Of a stretch of 32,633 bases of DNA, positions 16,384-25,755 are shown in pieces. Under the pieces are notes generated by a model that was not told the origin of the DNA, made no database searches, and saw only the letters and a list, made by a program, of their open reading frames with translations. Numbering within the stretch: position 1 is the first letter of the stretch; every line of letters begins with the position of its first letter. Where the stretch lies: IMG/VR virus record IMGVR_UViG_3300042940_001617, positions 1 to 32,633 of that record; one strand, 5' to 3'. Both the position numbers and the translations under genes were made by a program. The DNA is from a virus. Taxonomy: Duplodnaviria > Caudoviricetes.

Positions 16384-16866
16384 GTGCCTGATAATGTTGG
16401 TTACTCAGCCGGTGCTGGCACGAAGATTGCCAGCCGTGAAGTCTCGTATTCAGGTGAAACAGCACAGTCTCAGGCAGTAGGGATTGTGACCTTCAGCGGT
16501 GACGATGACGCGAAAATTGCTGTCGACGTCGACTCAGTGAACCCCTTGCCGGTTTCTGTATATGGGGAACTGATCGAAGCAATCGAAGCAATGAGATTCG
16601 CAGTCAATCAACTGGGCAAGTCGATTGGATTCGCTCTGCCGAATACCAGCGGACAACCGATCATGGAAGTTCGTCAGGCGACAGCTGCAAACTGTCAGGT
16701 CACAGCAACAATTGCATCAGGAACTGTCACGACAGTTTCGTCCGTTACTGCAGTTGCTGCATTGACTAACCAAACACAGATCGGCGGCATCGTTGCCAAC
16801 GATCAGATTCCCGCTCTGATGCACCTGCAGGCAGACAGCCTGCGAAGAAACATTTTGGTCACATAA
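16384..16866 (+). CDS. putative virion structural protein
   Basis: Thr/Ala/Val-rich, with NPLPV motif; directly precedes the Kelch-like protein. Confidence 0.6.
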   Translation: MPDNVGYSAGAGTKIASREVSYSGETAQSQAVGIVTFSGDDDAKIAVDVDSVNPLPVSVYGELIEAIEAMRFAVNQLGKSIGFALPNTSGQPIMEVRQATAANCQVTATIASGTVTTVSSVTAVAALTNQTQIGGIVANDQIPALMHLQADSLRRNILVT

Positions 16867-16878
16867 GGAGTTCTGGAA

Positions 16879-18309
16879 GTGGCGACAACTAACGGCAATC
16901 GAAAAGTCCTTGACCTGAAGCGATGGGAGTTCTGTGCCCCGGCTCCAGTGGCGACTCTGGCAGGTGCATTGATTTCGTCATCTCGTCACTTCAGTCAGCA
17001 GCAGTTATTCGTCCGGAGCACTACGGAAGCATATATTTACAACCCGAATGAAGACGGCTGGATTCAGTTAGCGTCTCCAGCACTGGCAGGAACCTTTGCT
17101 GCTGGCGCTGCCGCGACTGCTGGTGCGTGGTCAACTGGCTCGACTGTTGGCGCTGCGTCATTGACTGCGTCTGCTGGAACAACAACGACAATTACCACGA
17201 ATCAGACTCTCGCCAGGGATCTTCGAGGGTACAAGATTCATATTCTTAGTGGTCCAAATAATGGCGTGGTTCTGGATATTGTCTCTAACACAATCGGAAG
17301 CAATGCAGTCATCACAGTTGCTGTTCAGGGTTCTGCGTTCACGGCTTCAACCGTATATCGGCTTCTCACTCCCCGCTGGTATCTTCTCGGCTCGGGAACA
17401 CTCGCTTCCGGGTCGTTCAAGGTGTACGACTACGCGACGAACACCTGGACAACTCTGGTCAACACTGGCCTTCCGGCGACTATCGGAACTGATGGAAAGC
17501 TGATCGCAACTCCCGGGATTGTAGGTGGTGCGTTCAAGCAGTTCGCGACAGGAACAGCGAGTTCAGCGAGTTCCACAACTATCGTTCAGACCGGGAAAAC
17601 CTGGGCAACTTCTCAGTGGGTCAATTCTCAGGTCCGAATCACTGGCGGCACTGGCTCAGGGCAGATCAGGACAATCACTGCCAACACCGCAGACACGCTC
17701 ACCGTGGCAACATGGACAGTGACTCCGGATGCGACTTCCACCTATGCCATCGAAGGCAATGACAACTTCCTGTATTATATGGGCAATGGTGCCGTAACGA
17801 TGTATCGTTACGACATCGCCGCAAATACCTGGTCAACATTGTCTCCGAGTGTGGCTCGTGCTGGTGCTCCCGGTGCCGGAATGTCAGGTCATTGGATTCA
17901 TTCTGCTTCAGCGTCAGACTGGACCAATGAATCTGCTGTTCTGAATGGTCGGTATCTTTACTCTTTCCGCGGTGCTGCCGGTGGTGTTTTGGATCGTTAC
18001 GACATCGCTGCGAATTCGTGGTCTGCTGTGACTTATTCGCCATCACAGGAAACATTCACCACCGGGACCAAATACGCTCTGCATGAAAACATCCTCTACA
18101 TCCAGAAGGATGCTACAGGTCGATGGTTCGCCTTTGACTTCACTCGCTCAGAGATGCTCCCTTGGGGCACAACCCTTTACACACAGGGAGCTGCTGTTGT
18201 CGGCGACACTGCTTTTGATGTGATTTATGAAGACGGGGCTACAGACATATTATATGTGTACTTTCTACTAAACACGTCGACAGTGTTGTTGCGTCAAATG
18301 GTGATCTAA
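16879..18309 (+). CDS. Kelch-like beta-propeller virion/adhesin protein
   Basis: YDYATNTW, YRYDIAANTW and RYDIAANSW repeats plus two I..G.G.GQ.R.I..NT-type inserts; TAAGGAG RBS. Confidence 0.75.
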   Translation: MATTNGNRKVLDLKRWEFCAPAPVATLAGALISSSRHFSQQQLFVRSTTEAYIYNPNEDGWIQLASPALAGTFAAGAAATAGAWSTGSTVGAASLTASAGTTTTITTNQTLARDLRGYKIHILSGPNNGVVLDIVSNTIGSNAVITVAVQGSAFTASTVYRLLTPRWYLLGSGTLASGSFKVYDYATNTWTTLVNTGLPATIGTDGKLIATPGIVGGAFKQFATGTASSASSTTIVQTGKTWATSQWVNSQVRITGGTGSGQIRTITANTADTLTVATWTVTPDATSTYAIEGNDNFLYYMGNGAVTMYRYDIAANTWSTLSPSVARAGAPGAGMSGHWIHSASASDWTNESAVLNGRYLYSFRGAAGGVLDRYDIAANSWSAVTYSPSQETFTTGTKYALHENILYIQKDATGRWFAFDFTRSEMLPWGTTLYTQGAAVVGDTAFDVIYEDGATDILYVYFLLNTSTVLLRQMVI

Positions 18310-18367
18310 GAACCTGCTGTCGGTGAGATGAATTGAGAAGAATATATCCAGCCTGATCGGGCGTTAA

Positions 18368-18862
18368 ATGTTTCTTACATTACTCAGTCCAAAAACACTG
18401 CAGGATCTCAGCTTTGTTGCGGTGGGTGCGATCTGGGGAAATGGAACCTGTTTCATTGAGACCGGTCCAGCGGAACTAACATTCACCGCTGATGGTGCAG
18501 TGTGGCAAGTTGGATCGAGTTCGCTTGATGGTGCGAACGAATTGACATTCATTGCTCCGGGCCTTCTGTGGAGAAGCGGAAGCAATTCCCTTCAAGGCAA
18601 TCAGGAACTCGCTGCAATCGCTCCTGTGCTTCTGTGGGGGGTTGGAAATTCTAATGTTGAGGGAATGCAGGAACTGACGTTTTCTGCAGCCAGCTTGAAC
18701 TTTGCCGCTGGTGATTTAGTGCTGGCGGGGCCAATGATCTTGATCTTCAGCGCTGCTGGGGTATTGTGGGGAATCGCGAATACGCGAATCCGATTCAGGA
18801 CTGAGGGCTTCCAGCTTCTCGGGACTTCATCACTGAGGACTGAACTATTTGGAACAGGTTGA
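18368..18862 (+). CDS. short Trp-periodic repeat protein (about 6 x 22 aa)
   Basis: ELTFxAxGxxWxxGxxxL repeats. Confidence 0.7.
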   Translation: MFLTLLSPKTLQDLSFVAVGAIWGNGTCFIETGPAELTFTADGAVWQVGSSSLDGANELTFIAPGLLWRSGSNSLQGNQELAAIAPVLLWGVGNSNVEGMQELTFSAASLNFAAGDLVLAGPMILIFSAAGVLWGIANTRIRFRTEGFQLLGTSSLRTELFGTG

Positions 18863-18913
18863 TGGTCCATGGTGGGCTGTCTTTTTGTGGTGTTGAAGTG
18901 AGGGAGTGAAATC

Positions 18914-19354
18914 ATGCCGAGTTTTATCTTCGATGCCGCAAGTGACGGCATTGCAAAAGGAACGATTGACTGGATCAACGATTCGATTCGAGTCGTTCTG
19001 CTGGTTGGTGCTGGAACACCGATCAAGGCTAACGCAACCGTGACGGCCGCACTGGCTGAAACAAACGTCGACGAATGCGCGGCGACTGACTACGTCAGAA
19101 AGACGCTGGCTGGAAATGCCATCACCACGACCGGCAACAAGACGCTGTTTGATGCGACGTCTCCGGTCTGGACAACTCTCGGGGGTGCGTCCAACGAGAC
19201 CGTGACAGGCGCTCTGATCATCAAGCATGTCACCAACGATGGTGATTCGATTCCGCTGGTGTACATCGACAGCAACAACCTGCTGACGAACGGTGGTCAG
19301 GTTACGTTGACGAAGGATGCTACAAATAAATTCTTCTATCTCGACAACACGTGA
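18914..19354 (+). CDS. small beta-rich virion structural protein
   Basis: IDW..D.IRVVL, DY.RKTL, FDA...W and TNGG motifs; AGGGAG RBS. Confidence 0.75.
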   Translation: MPSFIFDAASDGIAKGTIDWINDSIRVVLLVGAGTPIKANATVTAALAETNVDECAATDYVRKTLAGNAITTTGNKTLFDATSPVWTTLGGASNETVTGALIIKHVTNDGDSIPLVYIDSNNLLTNGGQVTLTKDATNKFFYLDNT

Positions 19355-19370
19355 TCGGTGGATCGACCGC

Positions 19371-19736
19371 ATGTTCAGGATACTCGTTTGCGCGAGTCTC
19401 CTGACATGCGTGTTTGATATCTACTGCACTGTCAAGTACGCCGATCATCTGGCGTTCGAAGATGCTGAACTCAATCCGGTTGCCGCAGCGTTTATTCAGA
19501 TTCGCCATGAACACAAATGGGTTTCTCTCGACCCTACATGGCGGCAGAAGAACGGGATGGTGTCCTTCCGATATGCTGATGTGTCCGGCCTGATCTTCTT
19601 CAAAACTCTCGGCTTGCTTGGAGCAGTCTATTTGCTCGAGTGCTGTCTCAGGATGAGCAATCGAAAGATCGGTGTTTCAGTTGTTGTGCTGGTGTTCCTG
19701 CTTCAGATGACACTTCTCTTCGTGCTGCTGAGTTGA
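19371..19736 (+). CDS. membrane protein (DUF5658-like)
   Basis: Three hydrophobic segments; D..T...ELNP.A...K pattern. Confidence 0.55.
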   Translation: MFRILVCASLLTCVFDIYCTVKYADHLAFEDAELNPVAAAFIQIRHEHKWVSLDPTWRQKNGMVSFRYADVSGLIFFKTLGLLGAVYLLECCLRMSNRKIGVSVVVLVFLLQMTLLFVLLS

Positions 19737-19742
19737 CCACTG

Positions 19743-21821
19743 ATGACGACAGACACACTTACCAGCGGCTCTGGCAATTACACTGTTCCGGCTTACGTCA
19801 CGTCCATTGAATTTAAAATCTGGGCGCAAGGCGGGAACGGTTCGACTGGAAGCGGTGGCGGGGGTGGTGGTGGCGGTGGTGCATACGGTCGCAAAACTCT
19901 GACCGTCACTCCCGGGGATCTGATCGCTTACGCCTTCAACTCTACGACAGTCACCATCACTTATGGTGGCATCACTTATACTTGCAACGAAGGCACGGAT
20001 GCCTCTGGTTCAATTCCGGGTTCTGGTGGCGGGCATTCTGTTTCTGGTGGTGGATCATTCACGTCGATTTCAAATGGCTACCCCGGAGGATTGCCATCGT
20101 TCGATGAAGGCGGAGCAGGTGGGCACAGTGGCTTCGGGACTGGTGGCGGAAGCGGTGGTAATGCGAATGATCCAGGCGGCACAGCGACTGCTGTCGGTGG
20201 AGGTGGTGGTGGGGCCGGAGATAACGGAACTCCAGGCGGAAGCGGTGGCGGTCCACAGATCCAGTTCATCTATGATCTCTCGGGCCTGCTGACATACACA
20301 TCGCCGTTCCTTGACTGGAAGATCACTTCAGCCTCTCTTGTTGGTCTGGACTCTCTGACCTTCACTTCACCGTTCCTTGATTGGAAAGTCGGGAACAGTT
20401 ATCTAGCTACCAATCAAGCAACTGAGGGCGCTGGCACTGCAGGTCGAATTCGCTGGGTTGCTTCTCCGGGCAATGCCATTCTGTTTGCATCAAGCCTGAC
20501 TTTCAGCGTTCCTTCACTGCAGTGGATTGTCTCTGCCAATCTCGCACATGCGTTAAGGGCTGAAGCATCTCCGAGCCTGTCATGGGCTGTCGGCACGTTC
20601 CAGACCGACACGACCATCTTCGGTACCGGCCCCGGGATGGAATGGCGAGTCGGAACATCGTTCCTCGCTCTGAACCAGTCCACGACATTCACCAGCCCTG
20701 ATCTCCAGTGGAGTGTCGGGGCGAGCGTGATGCAGTTGCTGTCGTACATTGGCGGCACGATCCCTTCACTCGAGTGGCGAGTGGGATCAATCACGCCGGT
20801 TTATGATCAGCCGATGACGTTCACTGCCCCGTCTCTGCAGTGGGCAGCGCAGGCGTATATCAATCACGACACTCTGCTGACATGGACGGCTCCTGCTCCG
20901 TCATGGGCTGTCGGCAACAGCAGTCTGGATTCCGAGACAACCTTCACTGCTCCCGGAATCAGCTGGGAAGTCGGCACAGCTTCTCTCGGTGGCACTGGTG
21001 AGCTTGTCTTCAGCAGTCCGGCAGTCGGATGGGAAATCGGTTCCAGTTCACTCACAGCGATTGTGGAGACGACATGGACTGCTCCCGGAATGCAATGGAC
21101 TGCATCAACAACCCTCGACGCTGCGAATTCGCTCACGTTCACTTCTCCGGCTCTCCAGTGGGAAGTCGGGGGATCGGCCGTCAATGCGGATTCAGTGCTC
21201 TCAGTGGACTCACCAGCGATCAGCTGGGTTGTTCCTGGGCTATCCCTCGATTCTATCGCGGAGACCACATGGACGGCACCAGCGATCATCTGGACGGTTG
21301 GCGGGAATACCCTCGATTTCTCGATTGAACTGACATTCTCAGCTGCTCAGGCACAATGGATCGCTGGAACCAGCACCCTTGACGGAGTCGGGGCGTTGGT
21401 GGTGAGCGCCCCCGGCATCTCATGGGCTGCTGGTTCCAGTTCTCTCGACTCGGTTGCTGAGACCACGTTCACGGCCCCTGGTATGCTCTGGGAGACGTCT
21501 GCCGGGCTGAGCGGGGAAAACACCCTGTCCTTCACTTCCCCGGGCTTACAATGGCTCTCTGGCGATTCTCAGCTGGCATCTCTCGATGAGCTGAGCTTTA
21601 CACCCCCTGCCCTGTCGTGGCATATTACTGATCCGTCGTACACCACAATCTCGGTTCTGACGGTCACTGCCCCTGCTCTCGAGTGGGTCGCAACGTCAGT
21701 CCTTCTGATTGGCGGTCAGATCGGCGGTCCATACGGTGGCAGGAGACATGGTCTTCTGGGAACATCCACGGCTCGCCCTGTGCTCGTAGGATCGCTTCAA
21801 ACTTCAGACGCGAGGATTTGA
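19743..21821 (+). CDS. glycine-rich domain + long Trp-periodic repeat virion protein
   Basis: N-terminal WAQGG...GGGGGAY Gly-rich domain followed by about 22 T(F/W)TxPxxxW repeats. Confidence 0.8.
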   Translation: MTTDTLTSGSGNYTVPAYVTSIEFKIWAQGGNGSTGSGGGGGGGGGAYGRKTLTVTPGDLIAYAFNSTTVTITYGGITYTCNEGTDASGSIPGSGGGHSVSGGGSFTSISNGYPGGLPSFDEGGAGGHSGFGTGGGSGGNANDPGGTATAVGGGGGGAGDNGTPGGSGGGPQIQFIYDLSGLLTYTSPFLDWKITSASLVGLDSLTFTSPFLDWKVGNSYLATNQATEGAGTAGRIRWVASPGNAILFASSLTFSVPSLQWIVSANLAHALRAEASPSLSWAVGTFQTDTTIFGTGPGMEWRVGTSFLALNQSTTFTSPDLQWSVGASVMQLLSYIGGTIPSLEWRVGSITPVYDQPMTFTAPSLQWAAQAYINHDTLLTWTAPAPSWAVGNSSLDSETTFTAPGISWEVGTASLGGTGELVFSSPAVGWEIGSSSLTAIVETTWTAPGMQWTASTTLDAANSLTFTSPALQWEVGGSAVNADSVLSVDSPAISWVVPGLSLDSIAETTWTAPAIIWTVGGNTLDFSIELTFSAAQAQWIAGTSTLDGVGALVVSAPGISWAAGSSSLDSVAETTFTAPGMLWETSAGLSGENTLSFTSPGLQWLSGDSQLASLDELSFTPPALSWHITDPSYTTISVLTVTAPALEWVATSVLLIGGQIGGPYGGRRHGLLGTSTARPVLVGSLQTSDARI
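20286..21710 (+). repeat. about 22 degenerate 20-24-codon protein repeats
   Basis: P-x-x-x-W units counted in the translation; the first two share TSPFLDWK. Confidence 0.8.
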
Positions 21822-21823
21822 CC

Positions 21824-22213
21824 ATGTCAGCAAATGTGCCCCACCAGAGACGCGTGGGAGATACTGCGAAGGTGTACCCGTTCGTCTGCAAGTACATCGA
21901 TGAATCCGGCAACACGGTCTTCAGGGATCTCACCGGGGCGACGGTCCAGTTCTCCATGATCAACTCAGCCACTGGCGTACAGAAGGTTGCCCCGACTGCA
22001 GCAACGGTCACTGATGCCATCAATGGAGAAGGCGAGTACGACTTCGCTGCAGGCGACGTTGATGAAGCCGGGATCTTCTGGGTGACCATCCTCGTGACAG
22101 TCGCTGGCAGTGAGCCTGACTCATATCCTGTCGCACCAAACGATGGGGTCATCTGGATTCATTCGCCTACCCAGACAGCGAAACAGGCGTACCAGTCAGC
22201 CCTGATGGGGTAG
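21824..22213 (+). CDS. BppU N-terminal-like adaptor protein
   Basis: GDT...DLTGATVQFSM...DA.NG...Y.F...D...AG pattern. Confidence 0.7.
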   Translation: MSANVPHQRRVGDTAKVYPFVCKYIDESGNTVFRDLTGATVQFSMINSATGVQKVAPTAATVTDAINGEGEYDFAAGDVDEAGIFWVTILVTVAGSEPDSYPVAPNDGVIWIHSPTQTAKQAYQSALMG

Positions 22214-22260
22214 ACAATCGCTAGACTTTTCTCTACTTTTAGAATCTCTGGCAGCACTCT

Positions 22261-22270
22261 GGGTCCTTCC
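22261..22270 (+). other. cosQ-like element / probable packaging (cos) region
   Basis: GGGTCCT (identical to lambda cosQ) in the non-coding gap just upstream of the terminase genes. Confidence 0.5.
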
Positions 22271-22407
22271 AAACGATATCTCTTGGATACCACCCAAATC
22301 AAGCCCCTTCTTTACGCTTAGTTTTGTTTGAAATTTGCTGGGAAAACCGGCAAAAAGGGGTCTGGGGTCGCGGAGTACTTCAGTTTCTTACCTGTGAGAA
22401 TGACTGC

Positions 22408-22755
22408 ATGACTCAGCTGTTTGAAGATCCGGGTCACACGCGTGCTGACCTGAACATCCTCACGAAGTCTCTGGTTGAAAAGTGGGAGATTCCGAGTGAG
22501 CTGTTGCAGAAGCTGCCACTGATCCTTGGTAAGATCGCGGTCACCGGCAAGCCTCGTGAGCAGATCGCGGCAGCGAAGAACCTGATGTTGATGAAGCAGT
22601 ACAACGACGAGATTGATTCACCCAAAACGCCGTCACAGACCAGCATCACAGTAGGAGTCGCCGTTGACAACCGAACTCAGAGCGGACGAGATCGACTGGC
22701 TGAGATCGCTGCCCGACTCGCAGCTCGAAGACTGGCTGTCGGACCATCCACCTGA
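22408..22755 (+). CDS. terminase small subunit (by position)
   Basis: Small helical protein immediately upstream of and overlapping the large subunit. Confidence 0.55.
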   Translation: MTQLFEDPGHTRADLNILTKSLVEKWEIPSELLQKLPLILGKIAVTGKPREQIAAAKNLMLMKQYNDEIDSPKTPSQTSITVGVAVDNRTQSGRDRLAEIAARLAARRLAVGPST

Positions 22756-24829
22756 GATCGCCCACGAGATCCTTCAGGCGGTTTTCTCTGGTGAGGGTGA
22801 TGATTCCCTTGAAGAGAACTACGCTGATGAGCGTTCGGCACGCAATGCGGCCGTCATCAATGCCAGGACAGCAGCTGCTCAGGAGATTGGTTCAATCCCT
22901 GCAGTGGCTGAACCACGGCGCCGTGAGGAAGCCAGCAGGAGCAATATCCTGTTCGCTGACACTTATTTCGCCCCGACGTTCTATATCCCGTGGGCACCGT
23001 ACCAGCGGTCGATGATGAACCGCTTTGAATCCATCGTGCTTGAAGGCGGCAAAGAGTGCCATGCTGTTCGCCGCGGTGGATTGAAGTCGACCTGTGCCCG
23101 AGTCTCCACGATCTGGGCTGTCGTCAATGGGCATCGAAAGTTCCCTGTTCTGGTCGGGGCGACTGATGGCAAGGCAGCTGAACACCGGGAGAACCTGTTC
23201 AAATTGATGGCTTCGTCTGAACTGCTGCTGCAGGATTACCCGGAACTGCTGACCCTGATTCTGAAGTGGAAGCAACCAAAGAAGCAGTTTCGATTCAACG
23301 GGCGTCTGCTGACGGTTCACCCGAAGGACTCTCATGGAAGCATCATCTTCCCGGACATTCATGAGTCAGTGTCCTGCGAGGCTCACGTAGCCCCGTATTC
23401 GATCAATTCAACAGGGGTCAGCGGTCTGAGCTATGTCGATCGGTTCGGCGTGACGATCCGGCCTGACCTTCTGATCTTCGATGACGTTCAGACACCTCAG
23501 TCGGCGAAGAGTCCGCTGATGACTGAGGAGCGTGAAGACTATGTCACGAAGACCTTCTGCGGTCTGGCTGGTCTGGGCGAGAAGATTTCAGCCATCATGG
23601 TTGCCACAGTTCGTGAGCATGACGACCTGACTGAGCGGTTTCTCAGTCGATCCAGACATCCGGACTGGGACGGGGCAAAGTATCCATCGATTATTCGGAT
23701 GCCGGACAACATGGGTCTTTGGGAATCCTATGCCACTCTGCTGACTCAGGGCGCAACGCCAGCTGACGGCAAGCGAATGGCACAGCAGTTCTATGTCACT
23801 AATCGGGCTGCGATGGATGAAGGCGGGGTCGTCGCGTGGGAAGAAGACAAGCTGCCAGATGAAGTCTCCGCGCTGCAATCGCTGATGACGATCCGTGCTC
23901 TTGATCCGGCTTTCTTCCGGTGTGAGATCCAGCAGGAAGGTGAAATGCCAGTCAACACTTCCGGGGTCCGACTGGAAGCGAAAGCGATCCTGAATCGGTT
24001 CTCTGGGATTGCTCGCGGTACTCTTCCGGAGAAATCAACGTATACTGTCGGCTTCATTGACTCATCAGACCAGATCCTGTGGGCGATGGTCTGTGCGTTC
24101 AATACCGATTTCAGTGGTCACATTGTCGACTATCGTACTTGGCCTGATCAGGGGAGACCGGTCTTCTACAAGTCTGATCTTGTCCGGAAGATCAGCGATG
24201 AGAAGCCGGGGGTGTCGTGGGAGGAAGCGTTCGTCCATGCTCACAATGAACTTGAGAAGGAACTGCTCTCGGCCTTTCCCGATATGAATCTGCTGCTGAA
24301 GGACTGGTCGGACGGGGGCCACATGCCGTTGATCCGATCACAGATCACAGCGAGTCATCAGAGAAGCCGAATGAGACCGGCCAAAGGCTTTGCCCCGAAG
24401 CCTGGACGAAAGCCGATTCATCTCTGGGGGGACAAGCTGCGTGATCGATCCGGGACTGGCTGGATTGAGCGCCGGACAGAACAGCCGAATCACATCCAGT
24501 TCGATGCGAACATCATCAAGAGTATGGCGGCTCGCCGTCTGCTGACTGCTGTAGGGGCACCGTCTGCAGTCATGCTGCCGGGAGTCAACGAAAGGGAGAA
24601 TCGATTGCTTGCCGAACACTTCACCGCTGAACGTCCGATTGAAGTCACGTACGATGGATCGACGGCAGTACGCTGGAATCAGATCCCGTTCCGAGACAAT
24701 GACTGGTGGGACTGCTTCTGTGGCTGCATCACTGCAGCATCAGTCCTCGGGTGCAAACTGAATGGCGACACGCCAATCCAGAAAAAGACCAGAACCTTTG
24801 TTCTTCCCGGAGGTGCCCGAAATGCGTGA
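22664..24829 (+). CDS. terminase large subunit (GpA-like nuclease domain)
   Basis: Walker A-like RRGGLKST, Walker B LLIFDD, GFIDSS, HFTAE and NDWWDC motifs. Confidence 0.88.
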   Translation: MTTELRADEIDWLRSLPDSQLEDWLSDHPPEIAHEILQAVFSGEGDDSLEENYADERSARNAAVINARTAAAQEIGSIPAVAEPRRREEASRSNILFADTYFAPTFYIPWAPYQRSMMNRFESIVLEGGKECHAVRRGGLKSTCARVSTIWAVVNGHRKFPVLVGATDGKAAEHRENLFKLMASSELLLQDYPELLTLILKWKQPKKQFRFNGRLLTVHPKDSHGSIIFPDIHESVSCEAHVAPYSINSTGVSGLSYVDRFGVTIRPDLLIFDDVQTPQSAKSPLMTEEREDYVTKTFCGLAGLGEKISAIMVATVREHDDLTERFLSRSRHPDWDGAKYPSIIRMPDNMGLWESYATLLTQGATPADGKRMAQQFYVTNRAAMDEGGVVAWEEDKLPDEVSALQSLMTIRALDPAFFRCEIQQEGEMPVNTSGVRLEAKAILNRFSGIARGTLPEKSTYTVGFIDSSDQILWAMVCAFNTDFSGHIVDYRTWPDQGRPVFYKSDLVRKISDEKPGVSWEEAFVHAHNELEKELLSAFPDMNLLLKDWSDGGHMPLIRSQITASHQRSRMRPAKGFAPKPGRKPIHLWGDKLRDRSGTGWIERRTEQPNHIQFDANIIKSMAARRLLTAVGAPSAVMLPGVNERENRLLAEHFTAERPIEVTYDGSTAVRWNQIPFRDNDWWDCFCGCITAASVLGCKLNGDTPIQKKTRTFVLPGGARNA

Positions 24830-25025
24830 GTTCATCCTTCCGGGGTCCGGGCTGAAGTGCGGCGAGTGCAACTCGATCCTGCCGATTGTCAATCGGACGA
24901 TCAAGACTCCCGGCTTCGTGACACGCGAAAGGCGATGCCCGAACTGCGGCAAGATCAACACGACATCAGAGCGAGTGATTAACACTCGGAACAAGAAGAG
25001 GAAATTCTCTGATCCCTGCGATTGA
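24822..25025 (+). CDS. NrdR/Ogr-like zinc-ribbon protein
   Basis: CGEC...RERRCPNCG..TTSE. Confidence 0.75.
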   Translation: MREFILPGSGLKCGECNSILPIVNRTIKTPGFVTRERRCPNCGKINTTSERVINTRNKKRKFSDPCD

Positions 25026-25050
25026 CAATGTGAATATATGTGCGTATTGT
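25022..25050 (+). promoter_or_regulatory. strong sigma70 promoter TTGACA-17-TATTGT
   Basis: Consensus -35, 17-nt spacer, 4/6 match to -10. Confidence 0.75.
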
Positions 25051-25052
25051 TT

Positions 25053-25171
25053 GAATCAGTTGTCTGGTCAGAGGCAATTCACGAAATAGATTCCCTGCTG
25101 GTGAACACAAGCATCAGCAGGAGATTAGAACCCGCTCAGACCCTGACCAGTCTGAAGCGGGTTCTTTTTTT
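25053..25171 (+). ncRNA. putative small RNA / attenuator leader ending in an intrinsic terminator
   Basis: Three hairpins; terminator AGAACCCGCT-CAGAC...GTCTG-A-AGCGGGTTCT + T run, immediately followed by a GGAGG RBS. Confidence 0.6.
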
Positions 25172-25184
25172 GGAGGTCTTCACT

Positions 25185-25496
25185 GTGACGAAGCGTATCT
25201 GGAAATATCAGTTGTCAGTTGCTTTTCAGCAGACGATCGTCCTTCCTAAAGGGTCTCGGATTCTCAGTGTTCATGCTCAGGATGGGATGATCTGTCTGTG
25301 GGCGATGGTTGATCCGGACAAGTCTGATTCTCCGACAGAGGCGGAGATCAGAATCTTCGGAACTGGTCATCCGATTGAGGATGAAAGCGGGGTTGATCTG
25401 AGGTTCATCGGGACTGTTCTGGTTGGTCAATTTGTCTGGCATGTCTTTGAAGCTGTGAAAAATGCCGAAGCACAAAACCCAAGTCTACCCGCCTGA
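25185..25496 (+). CDS. conserved phage hypothetical protein
   Basis: IWKY.L...LP.G..ILSV..Q...LWA.VD...GTGH...FIGTV...VWHVFE; GGAGG RBS. Confidence 0.8.
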   Translation: MTKRIWKYQLSVAFQQTIVLPKGSRILSVHAQDGMICLWAMVDPDKSDSPTEAEIRIFGTGHPIEDESGVDLRFIGTVLVGQFVWHVFEAVKNAEAQNPSLPA

Positions 25497-25755
25497 TTCG
25501 CTGCCGCCGTCCGGGTATCTCGGCTGGCATCAGTGGGCACATGACATGAGCGTGATTCATCATCAGTGCCAGCGTCAGTGCCCACGATGCCGCCTCTGGA
25601 AGTTCCCGATTGAGCAGGGCGACTTGAAAGAATATCACCTGCTCGAAACCAAAACAGGAAAGCAGAGACGGCAACTCAGTCCGGTCTGCATTCATTGCAA
25701 TCCACCATCCACTGAAGGAAGTTCTGATGTCTCAGGTTCTGCAGTTCTGGGCTAA
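25462..25755 (+). CDS. hypothetical Cys/His-rich protein
   Basis: GYLGWHQWA...QCPRCRLW...CIHC. Confidence 0.6.
   Translation: MPKHKTQVYPPDSLPPSGYLGWHQWAHDMSVIHHQCQRQCPRCRLWKFPIEQGDLKEYHLLETKTGKQRRQLSPVCIHCNPPSTEGSSDVSGSAVLG

Noticed and set aside
17790-18020. Repeated CGTTACGACATCGC as a DGR template/variable repeat pair
   Set aside because: Short match within Kelch repeats of one gene; no reverse transcriptase or adenine-specific mismatch pattern.
25070-25125. c-di-GMP-I riboswitch (GGCAA...GAAA)
   Set aside because: Lacks the GACGCAAAG continuation and the matching paired stem; resemblance is superficial.
25038-25184. N-terminal extension of the 152-aa ORF from ATG 25038
   Set aside because: That start lies inside the promoter; GTG 25185 has a GGAGG RBS and begins the conserved domain.
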